Source: Spirochaetaceae bacterium (lineage in GTDB: Bacteria > Spirochaetota > Spirochaetia > DSM-2461). From it: a stretch of DNA of 64,000 nt. Shown piece by piece: positions 29,374 to 38,510 of this stretch (positions within the stretch are counted from its first letter, which is position 1; every line of letters begins with the position of its first letter). The position numbers and the translations under genes were made by a program. Where the stretch lies: the NCBI GenBank assembly GCA_965224705.1, contig OZ245056.1, forward strand, positions 1,856,001-1,920,000, in the 5' to 3' direction. The notes under the pieces are model-generated. The model was not told the origin of the DNA, ran no database searches, and saw only the letters and a program-made list of their open reading frames with translations.

Positions 29374-30501
29374 ATGAAAAAACTGATTATTACTATGACA
29401 ACAATGATTATTGTCCTCTTGATCGGAGGATGTGCCGCCAAAAGATTTCCTGATAGATCGGTGGATTCCTATGAAGATTGCCAGAGCAAGGGTGGAATCT
29501 GGTACAACGATCAATGCTGGAAGGACTTCCAGGAAGAGGATAACCTGCTGGAATCGGAGGTTGATGATTATGTCAATACTGCAATGAAAGCTATTGAATC
29601 ATCAGCAATGGTTGTGGACGATGAAAGATACCCTGTTCACACAACACTGGCTATTCCAATTGAGAATGAAAAGGTACTTTTTGTAGTTGTATATCGCAAA
29701 GACAATGTTTTTGAAACCGTCCTCTTTAAACCCGGAATGGAACAAATAACTGAAGGTGCTGCTTTCAAAACTTCGGGCGAATTCCATGATGGTAATGCAT
29801 GGCTCATTGGCCTGTCAAATTCAACTGCAGTTGCTTCGACTGAAGCCAGAGTTCAAGTTCACAGTGGCCCCGAAAATGGATTTGATTTTGAGTTTTCTGG
29901 AGACTGGATGTTTCGTGATGGTCGTGACAATAAGAAATTTAATGTCCGGGTAAATGAGACAATGATGACGGCTGGCAACAGTACTCTGGAAATCCAGGGT
30001 AATGAAGCCTGGTTATCGGGTGAGACAGGAGCCATTACATATAATCAAATAAGAAATCTGATCAAAGACCACCCGCAGGTTAGAACGATTGTAATGAAAC
30101 AGATAAGGGGTTCTCTTGATGATAAGATCAACATGCATACAGGACGACTGATCAGGGAACATGGTTTTACGACAAAAGTTCTCTCCGACAGTAGAATTGC
30201 TTCAGGAGGGGTGGATTTATTCTGTGCCGGGGAAAAACGAATCATTGAACAGGGTGCTGAGATAGGAGTACATTCCTGGTGTTGTGCAGGTGAAGACGAT
30301 CTCCCCGCCAACCAGTTCCCTGATGAACATCCAGTACATCGACTCCAACTGGATTATTTCACAATGATGCTGGGGGAAGATATTGGACCGAAATTCTACT
30401 TCTATACATTGAATGCCGCACCATTTGAAGAAACCCACTATATGACTGATGAAGAAATACTTGATTGGGGGATTGCGACGGAGTTCCTTACCGGAGAATA
30501 G
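29374..30501 (+). CDS. Lipoprotein with C-terminal ClpP/crotonase-like (COG3904-like) domain
   Basis: Lipobox IGGC; IASGGVDLFCAGEKR...IGVHSW motif. Confidence 0.7.
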   Translation: MKKLIITMTTMIIVLLIGGCAAKRFPDRSVDSYEDCQSKGGIWYNDQCWKDFQEEDNLLESEVDDYVNTAMKAIESSAMVVDDERYPVHTTLAIPIENEKVLFVVVYRKDNVFETVLFKPGMEQITEGAAFKTSGEFHDGNAWLIGLSNSTAVASTEARVQVHSGPENGFDFEFSGDWMFRDGRDNKKFNVRVNETMMTAGNSTLEIQGNEAWLSGETGAITYNQIRNLIKDHPQVRTIVMKQIRGSLDDKINMHTGRLIREHGFTTKVLSDSRIASGGVDLFCAGEKRIIEQGAEIGVHSWCCAGEDDLPANQFPDEHPVHRLQLDYFTMMLGEDIGPKFYFYTLNAAPFEETHYMTDEEILDWGIATEFLTGE

Positions 30502-30660
30502 ATGCTTTCTGACGACTCCTTGTTTTCGACCAACTGCATTGACCGGCAAATCAGGAAGGACAACCCGGATCATGTGCGGGAAACGGTGCCATTTTTAGGT
30601 GTTTGAGTTCGAAGATGAACCGGAATATCGGCAGAGTTCGCATTCCTGACACTGCATAAG

Positions 30661-30946
30661 GAGTCTGTCGGACTTCCGCCTCACGGCTCGATTTTTGCCC
30701 TTCTCTCCAGAAGCAAGCCTCTTGCTTGCTTCTTCCGAGCCGCCTTCGTTCGTTTTCGCCGCCATCCGTGGCGGCTTTTCCTCGCTATCGCTCGGCACTC
30801 TCTCAGGATGCGAGTTTATAGACTCGCATACCCTGCTGCTGCGTTGCCAAAATACTCACGTAGCCCAGCTACGCTCCGTTTTTGTCGCCTTGCATCAGGC
30901 AAAAATCATCAAAAATCGCCTCGAAGCCTTAAAGTCCGACAGACTC
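30661..30946. mobile_element. 286-bp MITE with perfect 15-bp TIRs and 4-bp target duplication
   Basis: GAGTCTGTCGGACTT ... AAGTCCGACAGACTC flanked by TAAG on both sides; internal hairpins; contains the family-B core at about 30838-30910. Confidence 0.88.
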
Positions 30947-30971
30947 TAAGACTTGAGAAGTCAGTTCGTTT

Positions 30972-32111
30972 TTACCGATGGATTTTCTTCTCCAGCCTCA
31001 TCTTGCGATGCAAAAGAGCATCTTTCTGCTTTGGAGTCATTATCCTGTCTTCCAGATCATTAACAATCTTAAGGGCCTGTCGGGGATCCTTCTGATGATG
31101 TTCCCAGTACATGGCCAGTTCAACAGCGGCATGGAGATTACCTGAATATGTTTCATGAATAACTTCCCATATCTCCACGGCCGACAGCAAATTCCCGCGG
31201 CGTTTATACCGGCTGGCCAGTTCAAGTCCGCAGTCCACATCCCCATCCATCCAGCCTGACTCCAGCCATTGGAAGCCCCTGCCGGAGTTTGATTTTTCCC
31301 ATTGACGAGCCATTCCCATGTATCGGGGAAATACTCCTTCCGGTCGTGGAGAATTTGTTTGGGGATTGTATTGACCCCATTCTTCCATACGGGCAAGGAG
31401 TCTGGCCAGAGAAACTATGTCGTCAGCATTGTGTTGAAAAACTCCTTCAATGCGATCAGGTTTCTCCTTCAGCCAGCGAAACCAGGCTTCCGGAGCCTCA
31501 TTTCCCGGTAAATCATCCGGCCGGAAGAAATTGAGGATATCGGTTTCAACTGTTTTCAATCCCAGGTTCGGCAAAAGTCTTCTCCAGAGTCTGCGTGCAG
31601 GATGGAGAAGGTCGATTTGAGTGGGAGACGGCGGGGGGAGACGATTCAACAGGAAGCGGGTATTGAGAACCTGGGAATCAAATGAAAGTCCATTGTATGA
31701 AAGGTGATGACGATGAGCCTCCGTCAGCCGGGCAAACCGCTTCAGCATTTCTGTCTCTCCGGGATAATCGGCAAGAAAAAGCTGTGTAAGCAGGTAGTCC
31801 CCTCTCCTTTGCCAGCCCAAACCGATGAGAAATGCCGTGTTTCCCGCTCCACCGGAGAGTCCAGTCGTTTCCAGGTCGTAAAAAACAAGTTCATCAGACC
31901 TGGTTCCCGCAGGTAGAATAAATCCGCTTTTTAATTCCTCCGGCAGGATGGAAGGATGTATCAGTTGTCGTTCCCAGGCACAATCAGCCGTTTGCTTCCA
32001 TTTTTTCCCGGGAGGACAGGTGTTCAATTTCCGGGGTTCAGCCGTGCGGGGTTTGATTAACCCGATACCGGATTCTTTGATCTGAGTTAATCGGTCGGCC
32101 AGCCTGTTCAT
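30972..32111 (-). CDS. mrfB: DEDD 3'-5' exonuclease with TPR-like C-terminus (YprB/MrfB-like, RNase_H_2)
   Basis: FYDLETTGLSGG, SYNGLSFD, HNADDIVSL; coupled to the upstream helicase (TAATG). Confidence 0.85.
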   Translation of the reverse strand: MNRLADRLTQIKESGIGLIKPRTAEPRKLNTCPPGKKWKQTADCAWERQLIHPSILPEELKSGFILPAGTRSDELVFYDLETTGLSGGAGNTAFLIGLGWQRRGDYLLTQLFLADYPGETEMLKRFARLTEAHRHHLSYNGLSFDSQVLNTRFLLNRLPPPSPTQIDLLHPARRLWRRLLPNLGLKTVETDILNFFRPDDLPGNEAPEAWFRWLKEKPDRIEGVFQHNADDIVSLARLLARMEEWGQYNPQTNSPRPEGVFPRYMGMARQWEKSNSGRGFQWLESGWMDGDVDCGLELASRYKRRGNLLSAVEIWEVIHETYSGNLHAAVELAMYWEHHQKDPRQALKIVNDLEDRIMTPKQKDALLHRKMRLEKKIHR

Positions 32112-34417
32112 TATGAACTCTCTCCGACTCCCTTCATCCAGGTGATCAGGAATTCAATTGTGGCTGTTTTAGGATTATCCTCCAGCCGCTCTCTTTCGTC
32201 CAATGGCCCAACACAGGATGGACATCCTTCCTGACAGGAGCATCCCTTTACAAGATCCAATGCTGCCTGAAGCACTTCCTGGAGATGGGTTGAAAATGAT
32301 TCGGCCAGTCCCATGCCTCCGGGATAGTTATCATACACATAAATGCCGCATGCACGAAAATGCGGATCAAGAACTCGTCCCGCCACCCCAACATCTCTCG
32401 GCTGACTGAGAAGGAATATTGGTGTTATCACCCGGATAAGAGTGGCCACCCGGCCAATAACGGAGGGTTTGAGAGCCAGTGGTACTGCATCCCAGGCCTT
32501 ACCGGCAGGTAATTCTCTGCTGAAGGAAAGGAAGACTCCCCGGGTATGCATTTCATCTTCGGGAAGATTAATACTGCCGTAGCCAATGTTCTCATGCGTG
32601 CCAAACCGTATCTTTTTGTACTTGGCCACATTGGTACGGACCAGGAGGTCACCAAGATGCTCTTCCAAACCACACACACACTGCCGACTGTCTTCCATCA
32701 ATACCTTGATATCACTTTTTGTCAGTGCATCTGTGTAGTAATTGACCTCTGTACATTCAACATGAGCATGATGATTGTCCAGATTGAGATGCTTCACCAT
32801 GAATTGTTCTCCCCGGTGCAGATAAATGGCTTCGTCATGAAGGAGTTCCCTGGCAGAATGAGCATCCATCTCACCGATAACAGTGTTCCGGCCGGCCGTG
32901 GTATCGATAATCACCACGTTTTCTTCTGTTCCGCCTCTCAGGGAAATCCGTTCGGAGGGATAGGATCGATCGGCCCAGAACCAGCGCCCTGCGGTGTGCC
33001 GGAGAACTCCCTGTTCTTCAAGAAAGTGGAGCATATCCTCTGTATTGCTGCCGAATTCTTCCCCATCTTCAAAAGGCAGTTCAAAGGCAGCACATTTCAT
33101 GTGATCGGCGAGAATGTAGATATTGTCCGGGTCGATATAGGCTGATTCCGGGCTTCTTCCAAGGAAGTATTCAGGATGCTTCACAAGGTATTGATCGGTG
33201 GGATTTGCCGAACCAGCCAATATGGCAACTGAAACATCCCCCGTTCGTCCAGCCCTGCCGACTCTTTGCCAGGCAGAGGAAACCGAAGAGGGCAGTCCAG
33301 CCAATATGGCCGCATCAAGTCCCCCGATGTCAATTCCCAGTTCCAGGGCATTGGTGGATACTACACCCTGAATTGAATTATCCCTCAATCCTTTTTCCAC
33401 AGCTCGCCGTTCTGATGGCAGATAACCACCCCGGTAGGATTCGACTCGAATTCTTTGATTTTCATTGTAAACATTGGCCAGTGAATCATTAATGTATGCT
33501 GAAACCAGTTCAGCTCTCACACGGCTCTGGGTGAAGACAATGGTTTTTACCCCGGAAGTTAAGAGATGCAATGCCAGACGCCGGGATTCAAGAACCACTC
33601 CACGGCGTATACCTTGAATGGGATCCACGAGAGGAGGATTGTAGAGTATGAGATGCTTCTCTCCTGCCGGGGCTCCATTCCCCTCCACTTTAGTAAACGG
33701 TCGGCCTGTCAGCTTTCCAGCCAGTTCTGCCGGGTTTCCAATGGTAGCACTGGCGGCAATAATCGTTGGAGCGGATTCGTAGAAGCGGCAGATTCTTAGA
33801 ACTCTGCGCAGTAGATTGGCCATCTGGGATCCAAATACCCCGGTGTAAGTATGAAGCTCATCCAGTACAATGTATTTCACATTTTGAAAGAAGGATTTCC
33901 ATTTTGTGTGATTGGGTAAAACACCCGTATGCAGCATGTCGGGATTGGTGATAATGATACGGCCATTCTGACGGGAGGCTGTACGGATGGAGGAGGGGGT
34001 ATCTCCATCAAAGGTATACACGGATACCGGAAGTTTACCGGTCAGTAGAAGTTCATTGAGGGCGGATTGCTGATCCTGACTCAGGGCCTTGGTGGGAAAA
34101 AGATAGAGAGCACGGGACGATGTGTCTTCAAGAAGTTTCTGCAGTACGGGCAGATTGTAGCACAGGGTTTTACCTGATGCGGTAGGTGTTATGATAACCG
34201 TATCTTTTCCCTGACGGATATGGTTCCAGCATTCTAACTGATGGGAATACAGCCGGGTAATGCCCAGTGAATTGAGAGATTGAGTGAGAATGGGAGAAAG
34301 ATCCTGGGGGAGTTCGGTCCATGATCCTTTTCGAGGGGGGATAATAGACCACTTTGTCACATTTTTTAGAAAAGTCTCATCCTGGCTCAACTCTTCCAAT
34401 AGCTTGTTTAAACTCAT
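32111..34417 (-). CDS. mrfA: DEAH-box helicase with C-terminal DUF1998 Zn-binding domain (YprA/MrfA/Hrq1-like)
   Basis: TPTASGKT, PTKALSQDQ, DELH, SAT, TNALELGIDIG, QRVGRAGR, CSCQEGCPSC. Confidence 0.9.
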   Translation of the reverse strand: MSLNKLLEELSQDETFLKNVTKWSIIPPRKGSWTELPQDLSPILTQSLNSLGITRLYSHQLECWNHIRQGKDTVIITPTASGKTLCYNLPVLQKLLEDTSSRALYLFPTKALSQDQQSALNELLLTGKLPVSVYTFDGDTPSSIRTASRQNGRIIITNPDMLHTGVLPNHTKWKSFFQNVKYIVLDELHTYTGVFGSQMANLLRRVLRICRFYESAPTIIAASATIGNPAELAGKLTGRPFTKVEGNGAPAGEKHLILYNPPLVDPIQGIRRGVVLESRRLALHLLTSGVKTIVFTQSRVRAELVSAYINDSLANVYNENQRIRVESYRGGYLPSERRAVEKGLRDNSIQGVVSTNALELGIDIGGLDAAILAGLPSSVSSAWQRVGRAGRTGDVSVAILAGSANPTDQYLVKHPEYFLGRSPESAYIDPDNIYILADHMKCAAFELPFEDGEEFGSNTEDMLHFLEEQGVLRHTAGRWFWADRSYPSERISLRGGTEENVVIIDTTAGRNTVIGEMDAHSARELLHDEAIYLHRGEQFMVKHLNLDNHHAHVECTEVNYYTDALTKSDIKVLMEDSRQCVCGLEEHLGDLLVRTNVAKYKKIRFGTHENIGYGSINLPEDEMHTRGVFLSFSRELPAGKAWDAVPLALKPSVIGRVATLIRVITPIFLLSQPRDVGVAGRVLDPHFRACGIYVYDNYPGGMGLAESFSTHLQEVLQAALDLVKGCSCQEGCPSCVGPLDERERLEDNPKTATIEFLITWMKGVGESS

Positions 34418-34489
34418 AGTTGTTATTATGCGGTATTAGGGTAGAGCAATCTACCCGATGAGCAATACTATCAATAAGAGGTGCATTTT

Positions 34490-35761
34490 ATGAAAAACAT
34501 ACTGACAATCATTCTTGGAGGCGGCAAGGGAACCCGTCTCTACCCACTGACCGCCAAAAGAGCAAAACCGGCCTGTCCCTTTGGCGGAAAATATCGCCTG
34601 GTCGATATTCCTGTCAGCAACAGCATAAATTCCGGCTTCCGCCGCATTTATGTTTTAACACAGTTCAACTCAGCCAGTCTCCATCTTCACATAAGGCGAA
34701 CGTACAATTTCGATTCCTTCAGTGGTGATTATTGTGAAATACTGGCAGCCGAACAAACTCCGCGCAGCAGCGATTGGTACAGTGGAACAGCCGATGCGGT
34801 AAGAAAAAATCTTGAGCACTTCAGGGTTCAGAAACCAAGTCACTACATCATCCTGTCCGGCGATCAGCTTTACCGTATGGATCTCAGGGATTTCCTTCAG
34901 CAGCACATTGAATCGGGAATGCAGGTATCCATTGCAGCAACTCCTGTTACCCGTGAAGATGCCAGCGGTCTTGGCATACTTAAAATCAATCGGCAAAATA
35001 AAATAGAAGAATTTCTGGAAAAACCGGAACCGGACCGGGATATTGAAGAGTATAGAATGCAGGAACAAAGAGCTGAAGATAAGGAGAATAGAAAGGATTT
35101 CCTTGCCTCCATGGGTATTTATATATTTGATGCCGATGTAATGGAAAAGATGCTTGACAACGATAAAACGGATTTTGGTAAGGAAGTCATTCCTGATGCC
35201 ATTGGGAAGGTGGGTGTAAGGGCCTATATTCACCATGGTTTCTGGGAGGATATAGGTACTATCAAGAATTTCTATGAAGTCAACATCCACATGGGTGACC
35301 CCTTTCCTGAGTTTAATCTGTATGATCAGGACTATCCTCTTTACACGCACAGAAGAGATCTTCCTCCGACGAAAATAAATTCCAGCACATTGACGAACAG
35401 TATTGCCTCCGAGGGGTCCATCCTCACCAATACCGTTATCACACGCAGCCTTATTGGTATAAGAAGCATCATTGGATCTGGTTCTACACTCGATGGTGTT
35501 TACACAATGGGTGCCGATTACTATGAATCCCATGAGCAAAAAGAAGAGAATCGCAGGAAGAATATTCCCGATTTCGGGATAGGTGAAAACACCCGGATAT
35601 CCAGGGCTATCATCGATCGAAATGCAAGAATCGGCAAGAATTGCCGAATCGGTGTTGATCAGATGGAGAGATTTGATGATGACTATGAGGGATATGTTAT
35701 ACGGGATGGTATTATAATAATTCTCAAAGGAGCCTTCATACCGGATGACACAGTTATATAG
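34490..35761 (+). CDS. glgC: Glucose-1-phosphate adenylyltransferase
   Basis: GGGKGTRLYPLTAKRAKPA, GKYRLVDIP, WYSGTADAV, SGDQLYRMD, WEDIGTI. Confidence 0.96.
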   Translation: MKNILTIILGGGKGTRLYPLTAKRAKPACPFGGKYRLVDIPVSNSINSGFRRIYVLTQFNSASLHLHIRRTYNFDSFSGDYCEILAAEQTPRSSDWYSGTADAVRKNLEHFRVQKPSHYIILSGDQLYRMDLRDFLQQHIESGMQVSIAATPVTREDASGLGILKINRQNKIEEFLEKPEPDRDIEEYRMQEQRAEDKENRKDFLASMGIYIFDADVMEKMLDNDKTDFGKEVIPDAIGKVGVRAYIHHGFWEDIGTIKNFYEVNIHMGDPFPEFNLYDQDYPLYTHRRDLPPTKINSSTLTNSIASEGSILTNTVITRSLIGIRSIIGSGSTLDGVYTMGADYYESHEQKEENRRKNIPDFGIGENTRISRAIIDRNARIGKNCRIGVDQMERFDDDYEGYVIRDGIIIILKGAFIPDDTVI

Positions 35762-35776
35762 GGAAGGTGCGATGTT

Positions 35777-36283
35777 GTGATCAATAAATCCTGGAATACA
35801 ACATGCATGGAAACAGTGGATGAGGTTCACTTCAAGATACAATGGTCTCCATGGGGAGTTATGAGTAAATGGGTAATCAACTGGATTGTGCCTTCCGAAT
35901 CCGGTATATTTCAATTCTGGGTCAAAAAGGGACGTGGTATTGAGTTATTGCACACAGAAACAACATATTATGGCGGATTGAGGAACACCCTTCGGGAGGT
36001 CATCGATCTCATGGCACCATCAGGGAGTCGGCTTCGAGAAATCATAGGGAACAGGGAAATCTGGTTCCGATACAGCATCCTTGCCAGTCGAAGTCAACTG
36101 GAATTACTGCAGGAATGGTATAATCAAACCCGGAACGACCCGATCAGTGACAGCCGTGAGATATACCTGAAAGAGCTGGAAACTCTTAAGAGATTTCCTC
36201 TTCCCCCACCAGATATCGTCATAAATGAAGGAAAGAGGATGGCGGATCAGGAGTTTGGGGCGATCATACCGAACCCGGAGTAG
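35777..36283 (+). CDS. Hypothetical protein
   Basis: 168-aa ORF 15 bp after glgC; start may be GTG 35777 or a downstream ATG. Confidence 0.65.
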   Translation: MINKSWNTTCMETVDEVHFKIQWSPWGVMSKWVINWIVPSESGIFQFWVKKGRGIELLHTETTYYGGLRNTLREVIDLMAPSGSRLREIIGNREIWFRYSILASRSQLELLQEWYNQTRNDPISDSREIYLKELETLKRFPLPPPDIVINEGKRMADQEFGAIIPNPE

Positions 36284-36347
36284 CACGGCAATCGCATCTA
36301 AAATCCACTAGCCAGAGTGTTCTTCAAAGCCTTATTCATGGGTTTTT

Positions 36348-36565
36348 AACCGCAGAGGACGCAGAGAGCGCAGAGTGTTCAAGATAAATGTTGACCAATC
36401 TGTTTATGCTATAGAGACGAAAAAACCCGGACTAAAGTAAGACTTTTTCTCCATTTTTGGGCGTTTTGCCCAAAATGTGGGTGCGTCCATGCGCCCACGG
36501 GCAGCTCTAAGCGGTTTTAAGAGCTCCCCTATATCTCTCTGCGTACCTCTGCGTTCTCTGCGGTT
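36348..36565. repeat. Inverted pair of (CGCAGAG-NN)3 repeats enclosing about 160 bp
   Basis: AACCGCAGAGGACGCAGAGAGCGCAGAG (36348-36375) and CTCTGCGTACCTCTGCGTTCTCTGCGGTT (36537-36565). Confidence 0.8.
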
Positions 36566-36772
36566 TAATGCCGCTTTGAGGAGATTCCATATTCTTTGAG
36601 ACACGAGATAAAAATTTCCATTGACTCCAAAAATCAGTGTTTTTCATTTTTTTTTTGGGACAGAATTAGATGCAATTACCCTGATGGATCATCCGCCTGT
36701 TTTGGGTGCTTGCCTTTATCAATCAGAGATGCTAAGTATTACGGGTCTCAATGTGGAGTTGATGTTTTATCG

Positions 36773-38461
36773 ATGAATAGTGTTCTACAGGTTTTAAATC
36801 TTATTGGCGGGCTTGGCGTTTTCCTGGTTGGGATGCGTATCATGAGTGATGGAATTCAAAAGAGATCGGGAGATCGATTGAAGTCAGTTCTCTACATTCT
36901 GACGGAGAATCGTTTCAGCGGAGTACTGACCGGCATTGGGGTAACTTCCATTATTCAGTCATCTTCAGCGACCACCGTTATACTTGTCAGTCTGGTCAAT
37001 GCGGGTTTGGTAACCTTAAAGCAATCCATTGGTGTGATTATGGGAGCAAACATAGGCACGACTCTCACCGCATGGGTTGTTTCGATTATTGGATTCAAGT
37101 TTAGAATCACATCGTTTGCTTTGCCGGCTATAGCCATTGCCATACCCTTTTATTTCTCAAGCCATTCAAAGCGCAAGGAAACGGCCGATATTCTCATTGG
37201 ATTTGGACTCCTTTTTCTGGGATTGAGTTTCATGAAAGAATCTGTTCCCGATATTAGGAATAATCCAGAAGTTTTAAATTTCCTGTCGGATTGGAGTCAG
37301 TGGGGCTTTGGTTCCATCCTTCTTTTTGTCTTTATAGGAACGATACTCACAATTGTAGTGCAGTCTTCCTCAGCGGCCATGACGATTACCCTCACAATGG
37401 CATTCAAGGGCTGGATTAGTTTCCCTGTGGCTGCTGCCGTTGTCCTGGGAGAGAACATCGGAACAACAATAACCGCTTTTATTGCATCCATGCCGATGAA
37501 TGCAACGGCAAGACGTGCGGCCCGGGCTCATATGCTGTTTAATCTCATTGGAATAATCTGGATGCTTACCGTGTTTACACCATTCACCAATTTGATTGAC
37601 CGCATGATTCCCGGCAGTGATACGGATGTTTCATCCATACCTATACAGCTTTCCGTGTTTCATTCACTCTTTAACCTCATGAATACAATGCTGTTGCTGG
37701 GATTTGTTTCCCCCCTTACCAGCATAGTTGAGAAAATGGTCAAAACAGATCCGGCCAAAATAGAAGATGCTCCTTTTCAGCTGCAATTGGTGCCCGGAAA
37801 CCTGGATGATGCTGTTGATGCCAATTTGATTACAATTCGCTCAAAACTTGCGGAAATGTCAGAAGTCACTTTGAGGATGCTGAGAAATATACTGGAAGGC
37901 AGCAAAAACAGTAAGGAATTCTCCACAGTCATAGCATCACTGACTGATGATGAGAAACGTGCTGACGATATGCAGGAGCAGATAATTCACTATCTCACAA
38001 AATGTACCCAGCGGCCATTGGGAAGAGATAAGGCAATAACAGTTGCATCCCAGAGACGAATAACCAATGAACTTGAATCCATCGCAGATTCTATTTTCAG
38101 CATAGGACTTTTAAGGAACAGGCTTCATACAAAAGGACTTGGCTTCCACAAACAGGGGGAAGATGAGCTTACAGAGTATTCCAGGTATGTAATGGAATTT
38201 CTTGAGTACAATCAGAGTTTTCTCAGCCACGATCTTGAAAATTACAACCTGAAGACACCCCTGAACATGGAAGCCAGAATCAATAAAATGCGTGATGAAC
38301 TCCGTAAGCGGTCACGCAAAATCATTGAATATGAATCTGATGTTGACGTAAAAGGAGAGCTCATTTTCATGGATATCGTCCGCCATCTGGAGCACATGGG
38401 TGACAGTTCCCTCAATGTTTCTGAAGCGATTGCAGAACTCCCGGAACTGGTTCAAAGCTGA
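36773..38461 (+). CDS. Na/Pi cotransporter family protein with PhoU domain
   Basis: Two QSSS motifs (IIQSSSATT, VVQSSSAA), GANIGTT and GENIGTT; helical PhoU-like C-terminus (LESIAD, LEHMGD). Confidence 0.92.
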   Translation: MNSVLQVLNLIGGLGVFLVGMRIMSDGIQKRSGDRLKSVLYILTENRFSGVLTGIGVTSIIQSSSATTVILVSLVNAGLVTLKQSIGVIMGANIGTTLTAWVVSIIGFKFRITSFALPAIAIAIPFYFSSHSKRKETADILIGFGLLFLGLSFMKESVPDIRNNPEVLNFLSDWSQWGFGSILLFVFIGTILTIVVQSSSAAMTITLTMAFKGWISFPVAAAVVLGENIGTTITAFIASMPMNATARRAARAHMLFNLIGIIWMLTVFTPFTNLIDRMIPGSDTDVSSIPIQLSVFHSLFNLMNTMLLLGFVSPLTSIVEKMVKTDPAKIEDAPFQLQLVPGNLDDAVDANLITIRSKLAEMSEVTLRMLRNILEGSKNSKEFSTVIASLTDDEKRADDMQEQIIHYLTKCTQRPLGRDKAITVASQRRITNELESIADSIFSIGLLRNRLHTKGLGFHKQGEDELTEYSRYVMEFLEYNQSFLSHDLENYNLKTPLNMEARINKMRDELRKRSRKIIEYESDVDVKGELIFMDIVRHLEHMGDSSLNVSEAIAELPELVQS

Positions 38462-38510
38462 GAACTATGCCTCCTTTTCAGTGTATAATTTCAAACAGGA
38501 GGAGAAATCC

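Noticed and set aside
30595..30949. Short ORFs 30595-30798 and 30695-30949
   Set aside because: They lie in the palindromic MITE and are most likely spurious.
30972..34417. DISARM/Druantia-like defence system, or Cas4/Cas3
   Set aside because: The gene pair and motifs match YprA/YprB; there are no methylase, drm, dru or cas neighbours.
34670..35914. 414-aa ORF on the minus strand
   Set aside because: Antisense shadow of glgC with no motifs.
36404..36772. ORF 36404-36604 and the long N-terminal extension of the Na/Pi transporter
   Set aside because: Derived from repeat and poly-T intergenic DNA; the transporter plausibly starts at 36773.
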